A model generated the notes under the pieces. The model searched no databases and had not been told where the DNA came from. It saw nothing but the letters and a program-made list of their open reading frames with translations. 62,182 bases of DNA, taken from the NCBI RefSeq assembly GCF_001194135.2, contig NC_068981.1:197824497-197886678 (forward strand), written 5' to 3'. Origin of the DNA: Octopus bimaculoides (Eukaryota). The stretch's first letter is position 1. Each line of letters begins with the position of its first letter. The position numbers were made by a program, and so were the translations under genes. Positions 1-12,069 of this stretch are shown one piece after another.

Positions 1-274
1 AGAAGCAGAAGCAGGAGCAGGAGGAGAAGGAGGAGGAGCCAGGTTTGAAGTTGGATCGAAAAACCAAGAATGTTCGTACCAAGGCTATTACCAACCTCAG
101 AGGAATGAAAGATGAAATCGGTTGTCCTATGAATTTGAGATCAGAATCTAAAGGGACAACAATTAAGTGCCACAAGACATTTTCTCTGGCATTCTGCTGG
201 TTCCATGAATCCACTTTTCCTTCACTGATTTAATAGATACGGTTTATTCTTTATTCTACTTAACAGCCATTATA

Positions 275-515
275 CAGGCTGTTCAAAAAGTCTCTCCGCA
301 GTAAGTATTTTATTGCAAAATAAATATTTATTGTAGAAGACTACAGAAGAATATATTAGACTTTACAAGGCTTTAAAAAAACTTTATAAGAGGTGTTGAA
401 AGTGTCGTCCTTCATTTTCAATACGTAAGTTGATTGTTCTACACATGTTTTGAAATACATCTTGGAGAGTCAGGATGAAAAAAATTCACTGCGGAGAGAC
501 TTTTTGAACACCCTG
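275..515. mobile_element. Tc1/mariner-family MITE (241 bp)
   Basis: 28-bp TIRs CAGG(C/G)TGTTCAAAAAGTCTCTCCGCAGT at 275-302 and 488-515 (1 mismatch), TA on both sides. Minus-strand interior encodes a transposase C-terminal remnant (IENEGRHFQHLL*). Confidence 0.9.
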
Positions 516-841
516 TATATTCCACCCCGTCTTCGCAGCACATTACTGAGTTTTCAAGAATCTCACTAAAGCTTTCGTCGAATACATTTTGAAAACAACT
601 TCAATTTGTGTCTATCCCGGAGACGTGTAGTAAAGTGATGTTTTGCGAGAGACAATAGTGACAGACATATTGTGAAAGATGTAATGCAACACCTTTTGAA
701 TTTGTTCTGTTTGCTATTTCTGTTGTCAGTGAAATGTCAACGCTGCTTGGTCGTAGACACAAAGTGGCTATCAGTAGATCCTCTCTAAGCAAATAGAACG
801 AGGTGAGCAAATAGATGAAGTGATAACTATACAAATAGAAA

Positions 842-977
842 GTAATTAGAAATGACACGGCAGTTAAAACATAATGGTGTTGTCGTCTGTAACATTTCCA
901 CCATTGTTCGTCATTGAAGGAAGGAAACTCGAAGTTGTGGATGAGTTTCAATGAGTTCTTATTTCATGTAAAGGAGA
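842..977 (+). repeat. Arm 1 of a ~140-bp inverted repeat pair (partner 3440-3582)
   Basis: gtaattagaaatgacacggcagttaaaacataatgg...gtctgtaacatttccaccattgttcgtcattgaaggaagg...aaggaga aligns to the reverse complement of 3440-3582. Confidence 0.85.
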
Positions 978-1011
978 AGAAGCTGACGTTTTAATATTTT
1001 CCATTAAAAAC

Positions 1012-1117
1012 TCTCTCTCTCTCTCTCTCCCTCTCTTTCTTATCTCTCTCTCTCTCTCTCTCTCTCGTTTTCTCACTTCATCTCACACACATATGTACAT
1101 ATATATATATATATATA
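1012..1117. repeat. (CT)n and (TA)n microsatellites
   Basis: Direct reading. Confidence 0.9.
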
Positions 1118-1714
1118 ATTTATATAAGGGCATTACTATACAATAATGCCTCACACTTGACTTTATAAGTCAAAACTACCAAAATAACCACATTTTTACC
1201 GATCNNNNNNNNNNNNNNNNNNNNNNNNNNNNNNNNNNNNNNNNNNNNNNNNNNNNNNNNNNNNNNNNNNNNNNNNNNNNNNNNNNNNNNNNNNNNNNNN
1301 NNNNNNNNNNNNNNNNNNNNNNNNNNNNNNNNNNNNNNNNNNNNNNNNNNNNNNNNNNNNNNNNNNNNNNNNNNNNNNNNNNNNNNNNNNNNNNNNNNNN
1401 NNNNNNNNNNNNNNNNNNNNNNNNNNNNNNNNNNNNNNNNNNNNNNNNNNNNNNNNNNNNNNNNNNNNNNNNNNNNNNNNNNNNNNNNNNNNNNNNNNNN
1501 NNNNNNNNNNNNNNNNNNNNNNNNNNNTATATATGAGAAAATGACAGCCTTTTGACACCAAATTTCCTTTCCTCTCTCCATCGAAGAGCAACATATCCAA
1601 ACTTTCAGACTTCCTTATTTTATTAACGCAAACCAACACCTTTTGCCCCCGATTCTGTTCTTTTTCCTTCTTACCTCAGCACCACACATTTGGTGGCGAT
1701 GGATGACAATACAG

Positions 1715-1850
1715 TAGATCCAATCAACCTCTGTACTTAACTGGCACTTTAGTTTATCGACCCCTGGAAGTTTAAAAGGCGAATTTGGACTTAGTGTGAT
1801 TTGAACTTAGAAGGTAAAGGGACGTAATTAAATATTGTAAAGTAATTAAT
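1715..1850 (-). mobile_element. tRNA-derived SINE family D, degraded copy
   Basis: Reverse complement resembles ...ttctgagttcaaat...tttgccttt...ggggtcgataaa..aagtaccagtt of the full copy at 61097. Confidence 0.65.
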
Positions 1851-1923
1851 CTGTTACTGTAATTAACCTGTTACTTTACCAATCCATTGCTCTTTCATTG
1901 ATGCAGTTTAATTATTTAAGACT

Positions 1924-2092
1924 GCGAGTAGTCAGAAACGTCACTGCGCCGGATAAAACATTTAGCAACATTTCTTCCGACTTAACGTTCTCGCTTTAAG
2001 TTCAGCCAAGGTCAGTTTTGCCTTTCATTCTTTTGGGGTCGATAAATAAAGTATCAGTTGAGTACTGGTGATTTGTGCCAAAATTTGAAACT
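1924..2092 (+). mobile_element. tRNA-derived SINE family D, degraded copy
   Basis: cagaaacgt...ttaacgttct...tttgcctttcattcttttggggtcgataaataaagtatcagttgagtactgg...ttgtgccaaaatttgaaac. Confidence 0.75.
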
Positions 2093-3439
2093 AATTATAC
2101 TGTAATTATATTTTAATTAATGCTTAATTACTGAAGTTTATTAAGTTATTACAATTTCAGTGGACACATCCAGAGGTCATTGTTACATGCCGCATCAAAG
2201 ACATTGTTAAGTTGTTATATCTGGAAACGAACCCTTGTCAACATTGCACCAAGCTTATTGCTTTAACTAACGCAGTCAAAGGTGACGAGGTTTCGTTAAA
2301 CTGCAGCACATGCCTCGTTTATCGCTGATTCATTCATCCCTGATCCGGGATAATACGGTGCACTCAATTGTGAACCATGTTACGCTTATCACGGATTTAT
2401 CTATGATATTACAGCTCGGAGATCAGTTGAAGATTCTGCTTGTACCGCAAAGAAAAAGCGCCTAAGCGACAAGCCAAGAAAGCTCAGCTACCCAGAATGC
2501 TCTGTCTATCGCTCGTATTTACGTCGCTGCGCTACGAAGCCGCGTATGCTGCAGAGATGATCAAGAAATTACGTGACGGTGGAAACTTTGCTGCGAGATT
2601 GGTGCCAATGAACTTAACATTCGTTCCAATCACTAATTCATTCACCAATGTATCGCTATGCTTTTCTATACCCAACGCCTGGTGACAAATGAGGAAAGAT
2701 GTACTAAGTTCAACTTCTTCTATGAAAGTAAAAGCCTACAGGTGCAGTGGCGGCTCGGGCACTGTGGACCTGCAGCACCCCCTATTCCCACTCGATATTA
2801 TTGATAACATTCAATATAATGAGTCCTTTTTTTCTTTAATTCTTTCTTTATACTTGTACATTATATAATCCTTCAGCTTAAATGTCATTCCCTAGTTTAT
2901 GAAAAAAATACAAAATTCCTTGTATAGAACTGTGCGCTTCGCAGTTCCACTGGCGCGGAGTTTGGCTACATATTAAGCTTTGATGTTAGAAATGACAGCC
3001 TGGTTCATGGACTGGAATAAGGAATTGGTTTCTTCTAGAATTGGACTGAAATAAGGAATTGGTATCTTTTGAGGAATACCGACATTCTTCTAGTGGTCTG
3101 GAGTTTTATCAATCTCCAACAACACTCTAAGTTCAAGGTTATCCTCTTCGCAATATCTTTTCTTCGCCCGAAACGAAGTCTGTGAGTTTGGATATGTTGG
3201 CATTTCATGAAGAGAGGAGAAGGTATTTGATGTTTATAGTTTGTCATTTTGTCTGAAAGATGGAGAAGAGGGTGAGAGATAGGAGGTAAGAGAGAGGGTG
3301 AGAGATAGGATATGAAAGAGAGGTGGCGAAAGAGAGGGGGTGAGGGAAAGCTTTAACTGGAAAACATTTGCTAAAGAAAAAACAAACAAAATCTTTTCTC
3401 TCTGCCAGATGAAGGAATGGTTCTGAAATACCAAATTCC

Positions 3440-3582
3440 TCTCCTTTATATGGAATAAGAACTTATTGAAACTCATTAACAACTTCAAGTTTTCCTCTTT
3501 TCCTTCCTTCATTGACGAACAATGGTGAAAATGTTACAGACGACAGCCATTATGTTTTAACTGCTGTGTCGTTTCTAATCAC
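3440..3582 (-). repeat. Arm 2 of the inverted repeat pair (partner 842-977)
   Basis: Reverse complement of 842-977 with a few indels. Confidence 0.85.
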
Positions 3583-3814
3583 GTGACAAAAGTATGACTC
3601 AAACCACTGAGTGAAACATTTTTTATCGTCACCCAGGACTTGTTTGATTTTCAATCAAACCAGCGGTTCCTAACCATTTTCTATCTACAAACCCCTTTGA
3701 TTCTGATTTTACTCTGCCGAACCCCATAGCCATTCAATGTTTAAAAAATTATACTATGTTTGAATAATCAAATATTAGTAGGAATTGTATAAAAAAAATT
3801 AAAATATTCTTTTC

Positions 3815-3900
3815 TACTCTACCCGAAAGGCAAAGTCAACCTCGGCGGAATGTAAAGACAGACGAAGTACCGCGAAGCATTACTGCCAGCATATCGCCTT
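3815..3900 (-). mobile_element. SINE family D fragment
   Basis: cccgaaaggcaaagtcaacctcggcggaat...aaagacagacgaa is the reverse complement of the family D 5' half. Confidence 0.7.
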
Positions 3901-4606
3901 ATTGTTAAAATATTCTGTGTTGTAGAAATATAAACAATTCGTTGCAGATAGAGCTTAACAACAAAATCCTAAATGGACCGCGGTTTAGAACCACTGAATT
4001 AAACAGATGATCTTTTTTTTTTTTTTATCTTCCTTTCATTGCCCAACGACTTTCTGGTGAACGAAAAATGGCTTCAACATGGAGCCTCTTGAAACATTGC
4101 CGCCAGTTACGAGTTATGTTACAGGTCTTTTCCAGCCTTGAGCACAGAGGGAAATAAAAGCAGATGGCTTTCTTTTCTTGAAGATGCCTCTTTCAAAATA
4201 CCTTGCATACAATTTGGGGATGATAGTTACCGAGTTGAACGATATTCTTAAGAACCTGGAAAATTTCTTTACTCGTTTGGCTGCTTGTTCTTGTGGCTTT
4301 CTCCCAGGCATACAGATGCTGTGAAGATAATCTCGTAGTTTGAATACAAGGCACCAACCCCTGCCAGTTGAGAATGCTTCTGCTGCTGAGTGCCTGCAGA
4401 AGTTCCTTACTTTCTTCCGCTACGATTAGTTGGTTTAATGGTAAGCTGAGTTGCGTTCACTATCCATCGACAAAATCAACACATTTTCCATATATTCTCT
4501 CAAACATTCCTCCTTGCAGGAGTTACCTTCTTTCTTGATAATTAAGAGGTGCTTATGGCAGACATTTTTACATTTTATCTACTGCTTTCCTGATGGTTCT
4601 AATCAT

Positions 4607-4770
4607 AGACGCAAGCGTGGCTGTGTGGCAAGTTTGCTTTGCAACCACATGGTTCCGAGTTCAATCCCATTGGGTGGAACCTTGGGCAACAGTCTTCTAC
4701 TATAGCCTCAAGCCGACCAAAGCTTTGTGAACGGATTTGGGAGACGGAAACTGAAAGAGGCCTGGCGTAT
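4607..4770 (+). mobile_element. tRNA-derived SINE family C head
   Basis: gcgtggctgtgtgg (A-box-like), ggttccgagttcaatccc (B-box), cttgggcaa..gtcttctactatagcctc..gccgaccaaagc..gacggaaactgaaagagg; runs into a gap. Confidence 0.85.
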
Positions 4771-5739
4771 NNNNNNNNNNNNNNNNNNNNNNNNNNNNNN
4801 NNNNNNNNNNNNNNNNNNNNNNNNNNNNNNNNNNNNNNNNNNNNNNNNNNNNNNNNNNNNNNNNNNNNNNNNNNNNNNNNNNNNNNNNNNNNNNNNNNNN
4901 NNNNNNNNNNNNNNNNNNNNNNNNNNNNNNNNNNNNNNNNNNNNNNNNNNNNNNNNNNNNNNNNNNNNNNNNNNNNNNNNNNNNNNNNNNNNNNNNNNNN
5001 NNNNNNNNNNNNNNNNNNNNNNNNNNNNNNNNNNNNNNNNNNNNNNNNNNNNNNNNNNNNNNNNNNNNNNNNNNNNNNNNNNNNNNNNNNNNNNNNNNNN
5101 NNNNNNNNNNNNNNNNNNNNNNNNNNNNNNNNNNNNNNNNNNNNNNNNNNNNNNNNNNNNNNNNNNNNNNNNNNNNNNNNNNNNNNNNNNNNNNNNNNNN
5201 NNNNNNNNNNNNNNNNNNNNNNNNNNNNNNNNNNNNNNNNNNNNNNNNNNNNNNNNNNNNNNNNNNNNNNNNNNNNNNNNNNNNNNNNNNNNNNNNNNNN
5301 NNNNNNNNNNNNNNNNNNNNNNNNNNNNNNNNNNNNNNNNNNNNNNNNNNNNNNNNNNNNNNNNNNNNNNNNNNNNNNNNNNNNNNNNNNNNNNNNNNNN
5401 NNNNNNNNNNNNNNNNNNNNNNNNNNNNNNNNNNNNNNNNNNNNNNNNNNNNNNNNNNNNNNNNNNNNNNNNNNNNNNNNNNNNNNNNNNNNNNNNNNNN
5501 NNNNNNNNNNNNNNNNNNNNNNNNNNNNNNNNNNNNNNNNNNNNNNNNNNNNNNNNNNNNNNNNNNNNNNNNNNNNNNNNNNNNNNNNNNNNNNNNNNNN
5601 NNNNNNNNNNNNNNNNNNNNNNNNNNNNNNNNNNNNNNNNNNNNNNNNNNNNNNNNNNNNNNNNNNNNNNNNNNNNNNNNNNNNNNNNNNNNNNNNNNNN
5701 NNNNNGGTTGGTGTATTAACATTATTATTATTTATTTTT

Positions 5740-5904
5740 ATCATCATCATCATCATCATCATCGTTGGTGTGTCACTCCAACTAAGCCATTTCCCTGTTG
5801 ATCAATTCATTGATTCATCATTTACGTATGATTACATACAGATATCGATCAACAGGTCAACCATTAACAACAACCACAACAACAACCACAACAGCAGCAG
5901 CAGC

Positions 5905-5947
<43 letters not shown>
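5740..5947. repeat. (CAT)n and (AAC/AGC)n microsatellites
   Basis: Direct reading. Confidence 0.9.
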
Positions 5948-6296
5948 GCTATATTAATCACACAAGAAAAAGAAAACTGTGAAAACAAGATCATTCAACA
6001 GAACCGCCATCTACCGGCACACACTGTATCCCTAACCCTAACCATCAAACAATTCACTTCGTTACAATAACGTTTCTTCTCTCACCTTCCCGCGTTTATT
6101 TTTTGCGTTTTTTTTATTTGTTATTTGTTTGTTTTCTTTTCTTTATTCGATAGAAATTTCATCGTTAGCTCTTTATTCTCCAAACTATTATGGACGCGGT
6201 GTTTCCGATTCTTACACTTTTATATGGACTTTCATGTTGTGATGTTTGCCAATAATAACCAACTTCCATTGTATTTTATAAATAGAATTACTTATT

Positions 6297-6438
6297 CACA
6301 CACACACACACACACACACATACATACACACACGCACACACGCACACACACGCACAAACATAAATATATATTTGTGTGTGGGTGTATGTATGTGTATATA
6401 TATAAATATATATATACATATATATATATATATATGTG
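6297..6438. repeat. (CA)n/(TA)n compound microsatellite
   Basis: Direct reading. Confidence 0.9.
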
Positions 6439-6620
6439 TTAGAATGAGATAACAAATCCAAGGCTGTGAGGAGTTTTCAGGACATTTATAATGAAATAGT
6501 CTTACAGCTGTTTCTGGGATATTATGGATATCCATTCATCAGAGACGGTGTGAGAAAATATTTAATATCTATATATGTACCAAGAAAACCATAGCTTTAG
6601 TTTAGATCATATTATGGATA

Positions 6621-7492
6621 CAGTTTGAAACTTTGAATACTGGTAGAATTTCTCACGTAGAACACGGTTTACTCTCGACGTTTTTGACCAAATTTCGTAT
6701 TTTAGAAGTTACGGCGCGTATTCGGTTGATGAAAGCTACTACTGTTTGCGATAGTAATCGAAGAGGAACAACTTTCGGGTCATCACTACTAAATGTCACC
6801 ACAAGTCCGCAGCTAGCTTTTTTTGTTGTTGACGTGTATGTAGTTTCAAAATGCCTTATTTTACAACTCCGAGATGCATTGTTATTGTTATGATTTTATC
6901 TTACTATAATCAACAACAAACGCATTTCGTCAATATAAAAGTCTTTATTAGATTAAAAAAAAAAAATAACATTATCAGAACATGAAAGTAAAACAAAACA
7001 AATATGCTTTGTTTTCTTCCAGCCAGCAATGTACTGTAGCCGTAAGCCACACTTTAAATTTTCCAGGTAAAAAATAGCGACTTATACACCGGAAAATACG
7101 GTAATTGTAGTGGCAGTGACAAGTTCGCTCGCTGGTTGCTAGTTGATAGCGTAGAAGTGGCTGTCTGCCAGTAAGGAGAGAAAGAGTAAGGAATGCATGG
7201 TGCTGACTAGGAAGGAAGAAAGGATAAAGGTGGCATCGTCTTCGCTTGACATACAAATAGAACAGAGTGGTGACATTTAGTAGAGATGACCCGGAAGTTA
7301 TTCCTCTTCGATTACTATCGCAAACACCAGTAGCTTTCTTCAACCGAATACACGTCGTTGATTGGCTGAAATTACCGAAATACGACAACTTTAACACGAA
7401 ATAACTTCTAAAATACGAAATTTTGTCAAAAATGTTCAGAGTAAACCGTGTTCTGCGTGAGAAATTCTACCAGTATTCGAAGTTTCAAACTG
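6621..7492. mobile_element. Non-autonomous DNA transposon with long TIRs (CAGT termini, pogo/Tc1-like)
   Basis: Left arm 6621-6802 and right arm 7267-7492 are inverted copies (CAGTTTGAAACTT.GAATACTGGTAGAATTTCTCAC...); the left arm lacks ~45 bp. TA precedes the left end, TT follows the right end. Confidence 0.85.
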
Positions 7493-7819
7493 TTTAGCTA
7501 AAAAAAGATCATTAAAAAATCTGTGATTGAGATGGAATCGATCCCATATTATTAAAATTAATATCTCCGAAACTGTATGTCAACCCAAGATTATCAAGTT
7601 AATCCAAATTCCAACTGAACATCTGAAAAAACTTCAGCTGTTAAAAAACGCTAACAAAACGAAACGCCAAATCAAATTTAACTTTAGACATTCATTCAAC
7701 CAAGATCGACGTTATTGAATAACTAACTTAGTTTATAAAAATAAGAGATAAAAATACCCTGCTAATTCTATATTTGACAATTTAAAATCTACATAGAAAA
7801 ATAATCTAAAAAAAATAAT

Positions 7820-8390
7820 CTATTTATATACAGCTATTGATGACGCTGGACAAGTTAAGAAAACTGCAGACAAGAATTCTACGTTATTAGATAACTAAAG
7901 AATAAAGTCTACAGATAATAATTCAACATAATGCTAAACAGGAACTTGTGTACCTTACGTCGCAATAATCACTTAACCGTTTATTTAATTTATTTAAGCC
8001 TTTTATAGGAATTAACCTTATTTTATAACAACTGAAAAATTATTATATTCAACTACATATACAACCACCGATGACCTCACGCGATAACTAGAAAATAAAA
8101 ATCACAGATAAGACAATCAAATACCAATTTATTTATTTTTATTAAACCCTTTTATGTGAATTAACCTTATTATATAATAATTGAAAAATTGTTATAGTTA
8201 ATAATATATACAATTATTGATGACTTCGCTGGATAACTAAAAAATTAAAATTAAAGATAAGAATTCCATGTTATGCTTAACAGAGGCTTTGATATTTTAC
8301 ATCGCTTTAATTAATTATTTACTCATTATATTAAAAACCTTAACAGGAATTAAACTTATGTAATAATTAATTAAAGAAATATTATAATTA
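7820..8390. repeat. Degenerate AT-rich tandem repeat, period ~150-230 bp
   Basis: GAATTAA(C/A)CTTAT at 8009, 8158, 8347; GATGAC...GATAACTA/AAAAT at 7839, 8070, 8219. Confidence 0.7.
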
Positions 8391-8810
8391 ATAATTGAAA
8401 TATTTGAATGTCTTTCTAAATTTATGGCGAAGTCTTAAAGTAAAGTGCCCATTAAAATTCAATAAAATTAATTTAGAAGTAATTATATAATACATTTCTT
8501 CGGGGCAAAGATCACAAGTAGAATTACCAATATTATACGATGGAGCATAACTAATAATGGACCACTTTAAATCATATTTAATATTCTTATCTTTTAAGTC
8601 CCAAATGCATTTACTAAGATTAGTAGAATTACATTTTCTTCTATATTTAAAGGAATTAGAATGATTATAAAACCTAGATTTCCAACTAGTAGTATAAGAA
8701 CCAATATATCAATATTTACGATGTCTAGTCATTATTTTGCACTCATATACTACATTCTTCTTTAAACACTGATTTCTGAAGGGCCAAGCCTCTCCTGGAC
8801 CTGTGAAAGA
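8388..8810 (-). mobile_element. Penelope-like element GIY-YIG endonuclease relic
   Basis: One frame with one stop: NQCLKKNVVYECKIMTRHRKY*YIGSYTTSWKSRFYNHSNSFKYRRKCNSTNLSKCIWDLKDKNIKYDLKWSII...TCDLCPEE...LLN...LRHK. This matches the PLE VVY/YIG endonuclease and its C-terminal CxLC motif. Confidence 0.85.
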
Positions 8811-8829
8811 TACATTACATCCGACCGAC

Positions 8830-9410
8830 AAGAATATGCCGTCACTATCCAAGAACAAGAGACAGCTACTAAATTTCTGATAAACAAAATGGACAAAGAT
8901 ACCACCAAAGCTCCATGTTGTGATAGAAAATGTCGGCTCTGCTATACCAGTGTGGAAGATGTCACCCACATTATCAGTAACTGCCCCAAAATGTCTACAA
9001 GATACTACCTGCCACTGAGGCATGGCATAGTTGTAAATAATATTTACGATGCTATCCACAGGAAGTGCTGCCCTGGTGCATACATCAAAGCATGTCAGAA
9101 CCAGAATATATTCGCGCCTTTAAAAACAAGGAATATTCAATAACAACAGCAATTCGGTGCAAACATAATAGATTCGATATTGTTCTATTGGATAGGGAAC
9201 AAAAGTCCTGCCCTGTCGTAGAGGTCTGCAGTCTAGCAGACATGAATCTACAACCAAACGTCCAGGAAAAGGAGAATATTTATGACGAATTAATGCAGAA
9301 CTAACGGTTCTTGCACCCTGACTATGAATCCTCATTTGTACCTCGCACCATAGATGCATTAGATTATGTACCAACAAATTTGTACAACAAGAAAATTACA
9401 GCAAAGCTGC
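8830..9410 (+). mobile_element. R4/Dong-like RLE non-LTR retrotransposon, C-terminal fragment
   Basis: IQEQETATKFL; zinc knuckle CRLC...EDVTHIISNC; RLE motif CKHNRFDIVLLDREQKSCPVVEVC..KENIYDEL; frameshifted. Confidence 0.85.
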
Positions 9411-9879
9411 GTAACAGTGGTGCCAGATCATCATGTATTTTGTTTTATTCTCTTCTTCCGTTTTACTTTAACGTGCGCATTGCGTTTTTATTCTTCTCTT
9501 CCGTTTTATGAGTTCAGTGTGCACATGTGCATTGAGTGTTCATCCTTCGCTTTCCGGTTCCTATTCAGCCTAGAAACTCTCGGTTTCGCGGAGAAAGAGC
9601 AAAAGAAACTGATACTGATTCTCCGTATCCGATCTGTTAGTTGCGCAATGGAAACATTTTCAAGGATCCCCCACCCGAGAGTCTTAGGTGTGTGCATCAG
9701 CGGCTTCACCAACACAGCAACTCAACCACATATCTACAAACACCAGGAAAACGTTTTGTCGCTTTGTTAGCGACCGACCTCGAATGGATTAAGAAGAACT
9801 TAAAACTCAAAGGAAAAAGTATATACACTTATGCACACATACATACATTCATATATACACATATTCATACATACATGTA

Positions 9880-10029
9880 TGTATCTATCTATTTATCTAT
9901 CGATCGAACGATCGATCGATAGCTAGATCGAGCAGTCGATCTACCTATCAATCTATCTGTCTACCTACCTATTAATCAGCCTATCTTCTATCTATCTATC
10001 TATCCATTTTTCTATCTATCCATCCATCC

Positions 10030-10070
<41 letters not shown>

Positions 10071-10085
10071 CCTATCTATCTATCT
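9880..10085. repeat. (ATCT)n/(GATC)n/(ATCC)n tetranucleotide repeats
   Basis: Direct reading. Confidence 0.85.
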
Positions 10086-10440
10086 TTAAATGTTCCCGAA
10101 TACTCAGAACATTGTGATCCCCATAGGCCAAGATTCATTTACAGTTTCGACACTCCTCCACCCAAATCTAAATAAACGGGTACTTTTATACCACATGACG
10201 TGATAGGTAAGCTATATGTTTGGTTCGATGGACATCGTAGCTTATCACAGGTTTATGATTCAATTTTCCACTCAAAATCAACAGTCAATGACGTACAGGC
10301 CTCTGTCTCGAGTTTAATAATTCTAAGAGTGAGATCTTCCATTAATCCTTTCTGGTTTATCTTCAGGTTTCTATCATTTGGAATTGGGATTTGGGGCGGG
10401 TTTGATTAGTTTCTTTCTCTCTCCCAATTTCTTTCTCTCT

Positions 10441-10563
10441 CTCACTTTCTCTCTCTCACCCTTCCTCTCTCTCACTTTCTCTCTCTCACCCTTCCTCTCT
10501 CTCACTTTCTCTCTCTCACCCTTCCTCTCTCTCACTTTCTCTCTCTCACCCTTCCTCTCTCTC
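10441..10563. repeat. 30-bp pyrimidine minisatellite CTCACTTTCTCTCTCTCACCCTTCCTCTCT, 4 exact copies into a gap
   Basis: Exact unit at 10441, 10471, 10501, 10531. Confidence 0.95.
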
Positions 10564-10841
10564 NNNNNNNNNNNNNNNNNNNNNNNNNNNNNNNNNNNNN
10601 NNNNNNNNNNNNNNNNNNNNNNNNNNNNNNNNNNNNNNNNNNNNNNNNNNNNNNNNNNNNNNNNNNNNNNNNNNNNNNNNNNNNNNNNNNNNNNNNNNNN
10701 NNNNNNNNNNNNNNNNNNNNNNNNNNNNNNNNNNNNNNNNNNNNNTCTTAATGATGCAGCCGTGTGTATGTGTGTGTTTGTATGGATGTATGCGTGTGTA
10801 TTTGTATATATGTCTCTCTTTATGTTAGTATGAATGCGTAG

Positions 10842-10844
<3 letters not shown>

Positions 10845-10903
<59 letters not shown>
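10845..10903. repeat. (GT)n microsatellite
   Basis: Direct reading. Confidence 0.95.
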
Positions 10904-10906
<3 letters not shown>

Positions 10907-11404
10907 CATGTATGTGATCGATATTTTCAAATGTCATCGGATTCACTCACAAAATGCATAGCTAATTATATATTCAGTCATGTAAATGTTTCACCGATCT
11001 CAACTAGATTTTCTGCCCCAAATAAGATCAAGTGAAATAGTAGAATCGTTGGTGTTCTTCAATTGTTTTTCAACGAAATATTATTTTCTCTCGTTATTAT
11101 ATTTATTGTTATTGAGAAATTTTACTTGGACATTTTTAATCTTTAATTTCGTTAAGAGGATTAAGTAAGCACATCTTTGTTTCTGCTAATTGACGGTTTT
11201 ATTTCCCCCGTGGAACGGTGGCGGCTTCACAAGTCACGCACGATGCAAACTCGAAATCTTCAAACTATTCCAATCAGAAGAAAATGGACAGAAAAAAGGA
11301 ATCAATGGACACCAAAAAATATAGTAAATGGCCAAACACAGAGCAGTAAGAATCTCATCAATCACCAGCAGACTTCTTCAGGCGGCTGGAAAGTTAATGA
11401 TACA

Positions 11405-11630
11405 ACCATCATCATCGTTATCATAATCGCCATCATTATCATCATCATCATGACCATCACTATCATCATCATCGTCGTCATTATAATCATCATCATCAGC
11501 ATCGTCGTCGTCGTCGTCGTCGTCACACAAACGCTCCAGCTCACAGACATGCGCATGTTCTTGATTGTCGTCCTCACCGTCGCCATTGTTGTCTTTCTTG
11601 TTGCTGTAGATGATGATGATGATGATGACT
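11405..11630. repeat. (CAT/CGT)n and (GAT)n trinucleotide tracts
   Basis: Direct reading; explains the poly-I/V/M ORFs. Confidence 0.9.
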
Positions 11631-12003
11631 GCATTGATGTTGTCTTTGTGATCATTCTTACCATTTTTGTCGTCATTCTTTAGTCCCAGGTCGACTCCAA
11701 TTTATCAAACTTTTTACTGGAGACATTCCACCCAATCTCATAGATTTTTTCCTTCTTCTTTAAAGCGACACGATGTGTTAATATCCACACAATTCATGGT
11801 AGTCACAGCTACCATACATTTTGTAAGGGTAACTGTGTTTATTATACATATTCGGGGATATTTAGCTGTTATTTCTAGCTGGCGGGGCGACAACGCAGAA
11901 GCTTCCTCGTTAGCCTGCAGTTCATGTTGTTATAGTTGTTGTTATACTTGTTATGTTGTTATGGTGATTGATGTTTCTGTTTTTGTTGTTCTTGACGTTG
12001 TTT

Positions 12004-12055
<52 letters not shown>

Positions 12056-12069
12056 AGCTGTATGTAACC

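Noticed and set aside
1-233. Open frame from the window edge (KQKQEQEE..PGLKLDRKTK..)
   Set aside because: Starts in a GAG/CAG repeat and has no recognisable domain; context is truncated.
3660-3780. Charlie-like hAT ends at 3661 (CAGCGGTTCC) and ~40235 (GGGAACCACTG) as one element
   Set aside because: They are 36 kb apart with no matching TSD; most likely independent fragments.
4080-4600. Coding-like segment (possible hAT transposase piece)
   Set aside because: Multiple stops and no diagnostic motif I can name.
11340-11385. Hammerhead candidate CUGAAGAAGUC..GAUGAGAU (minus)
   Set aside because: GAAAC is doubly altered and there is no NUH or helix I pairing.
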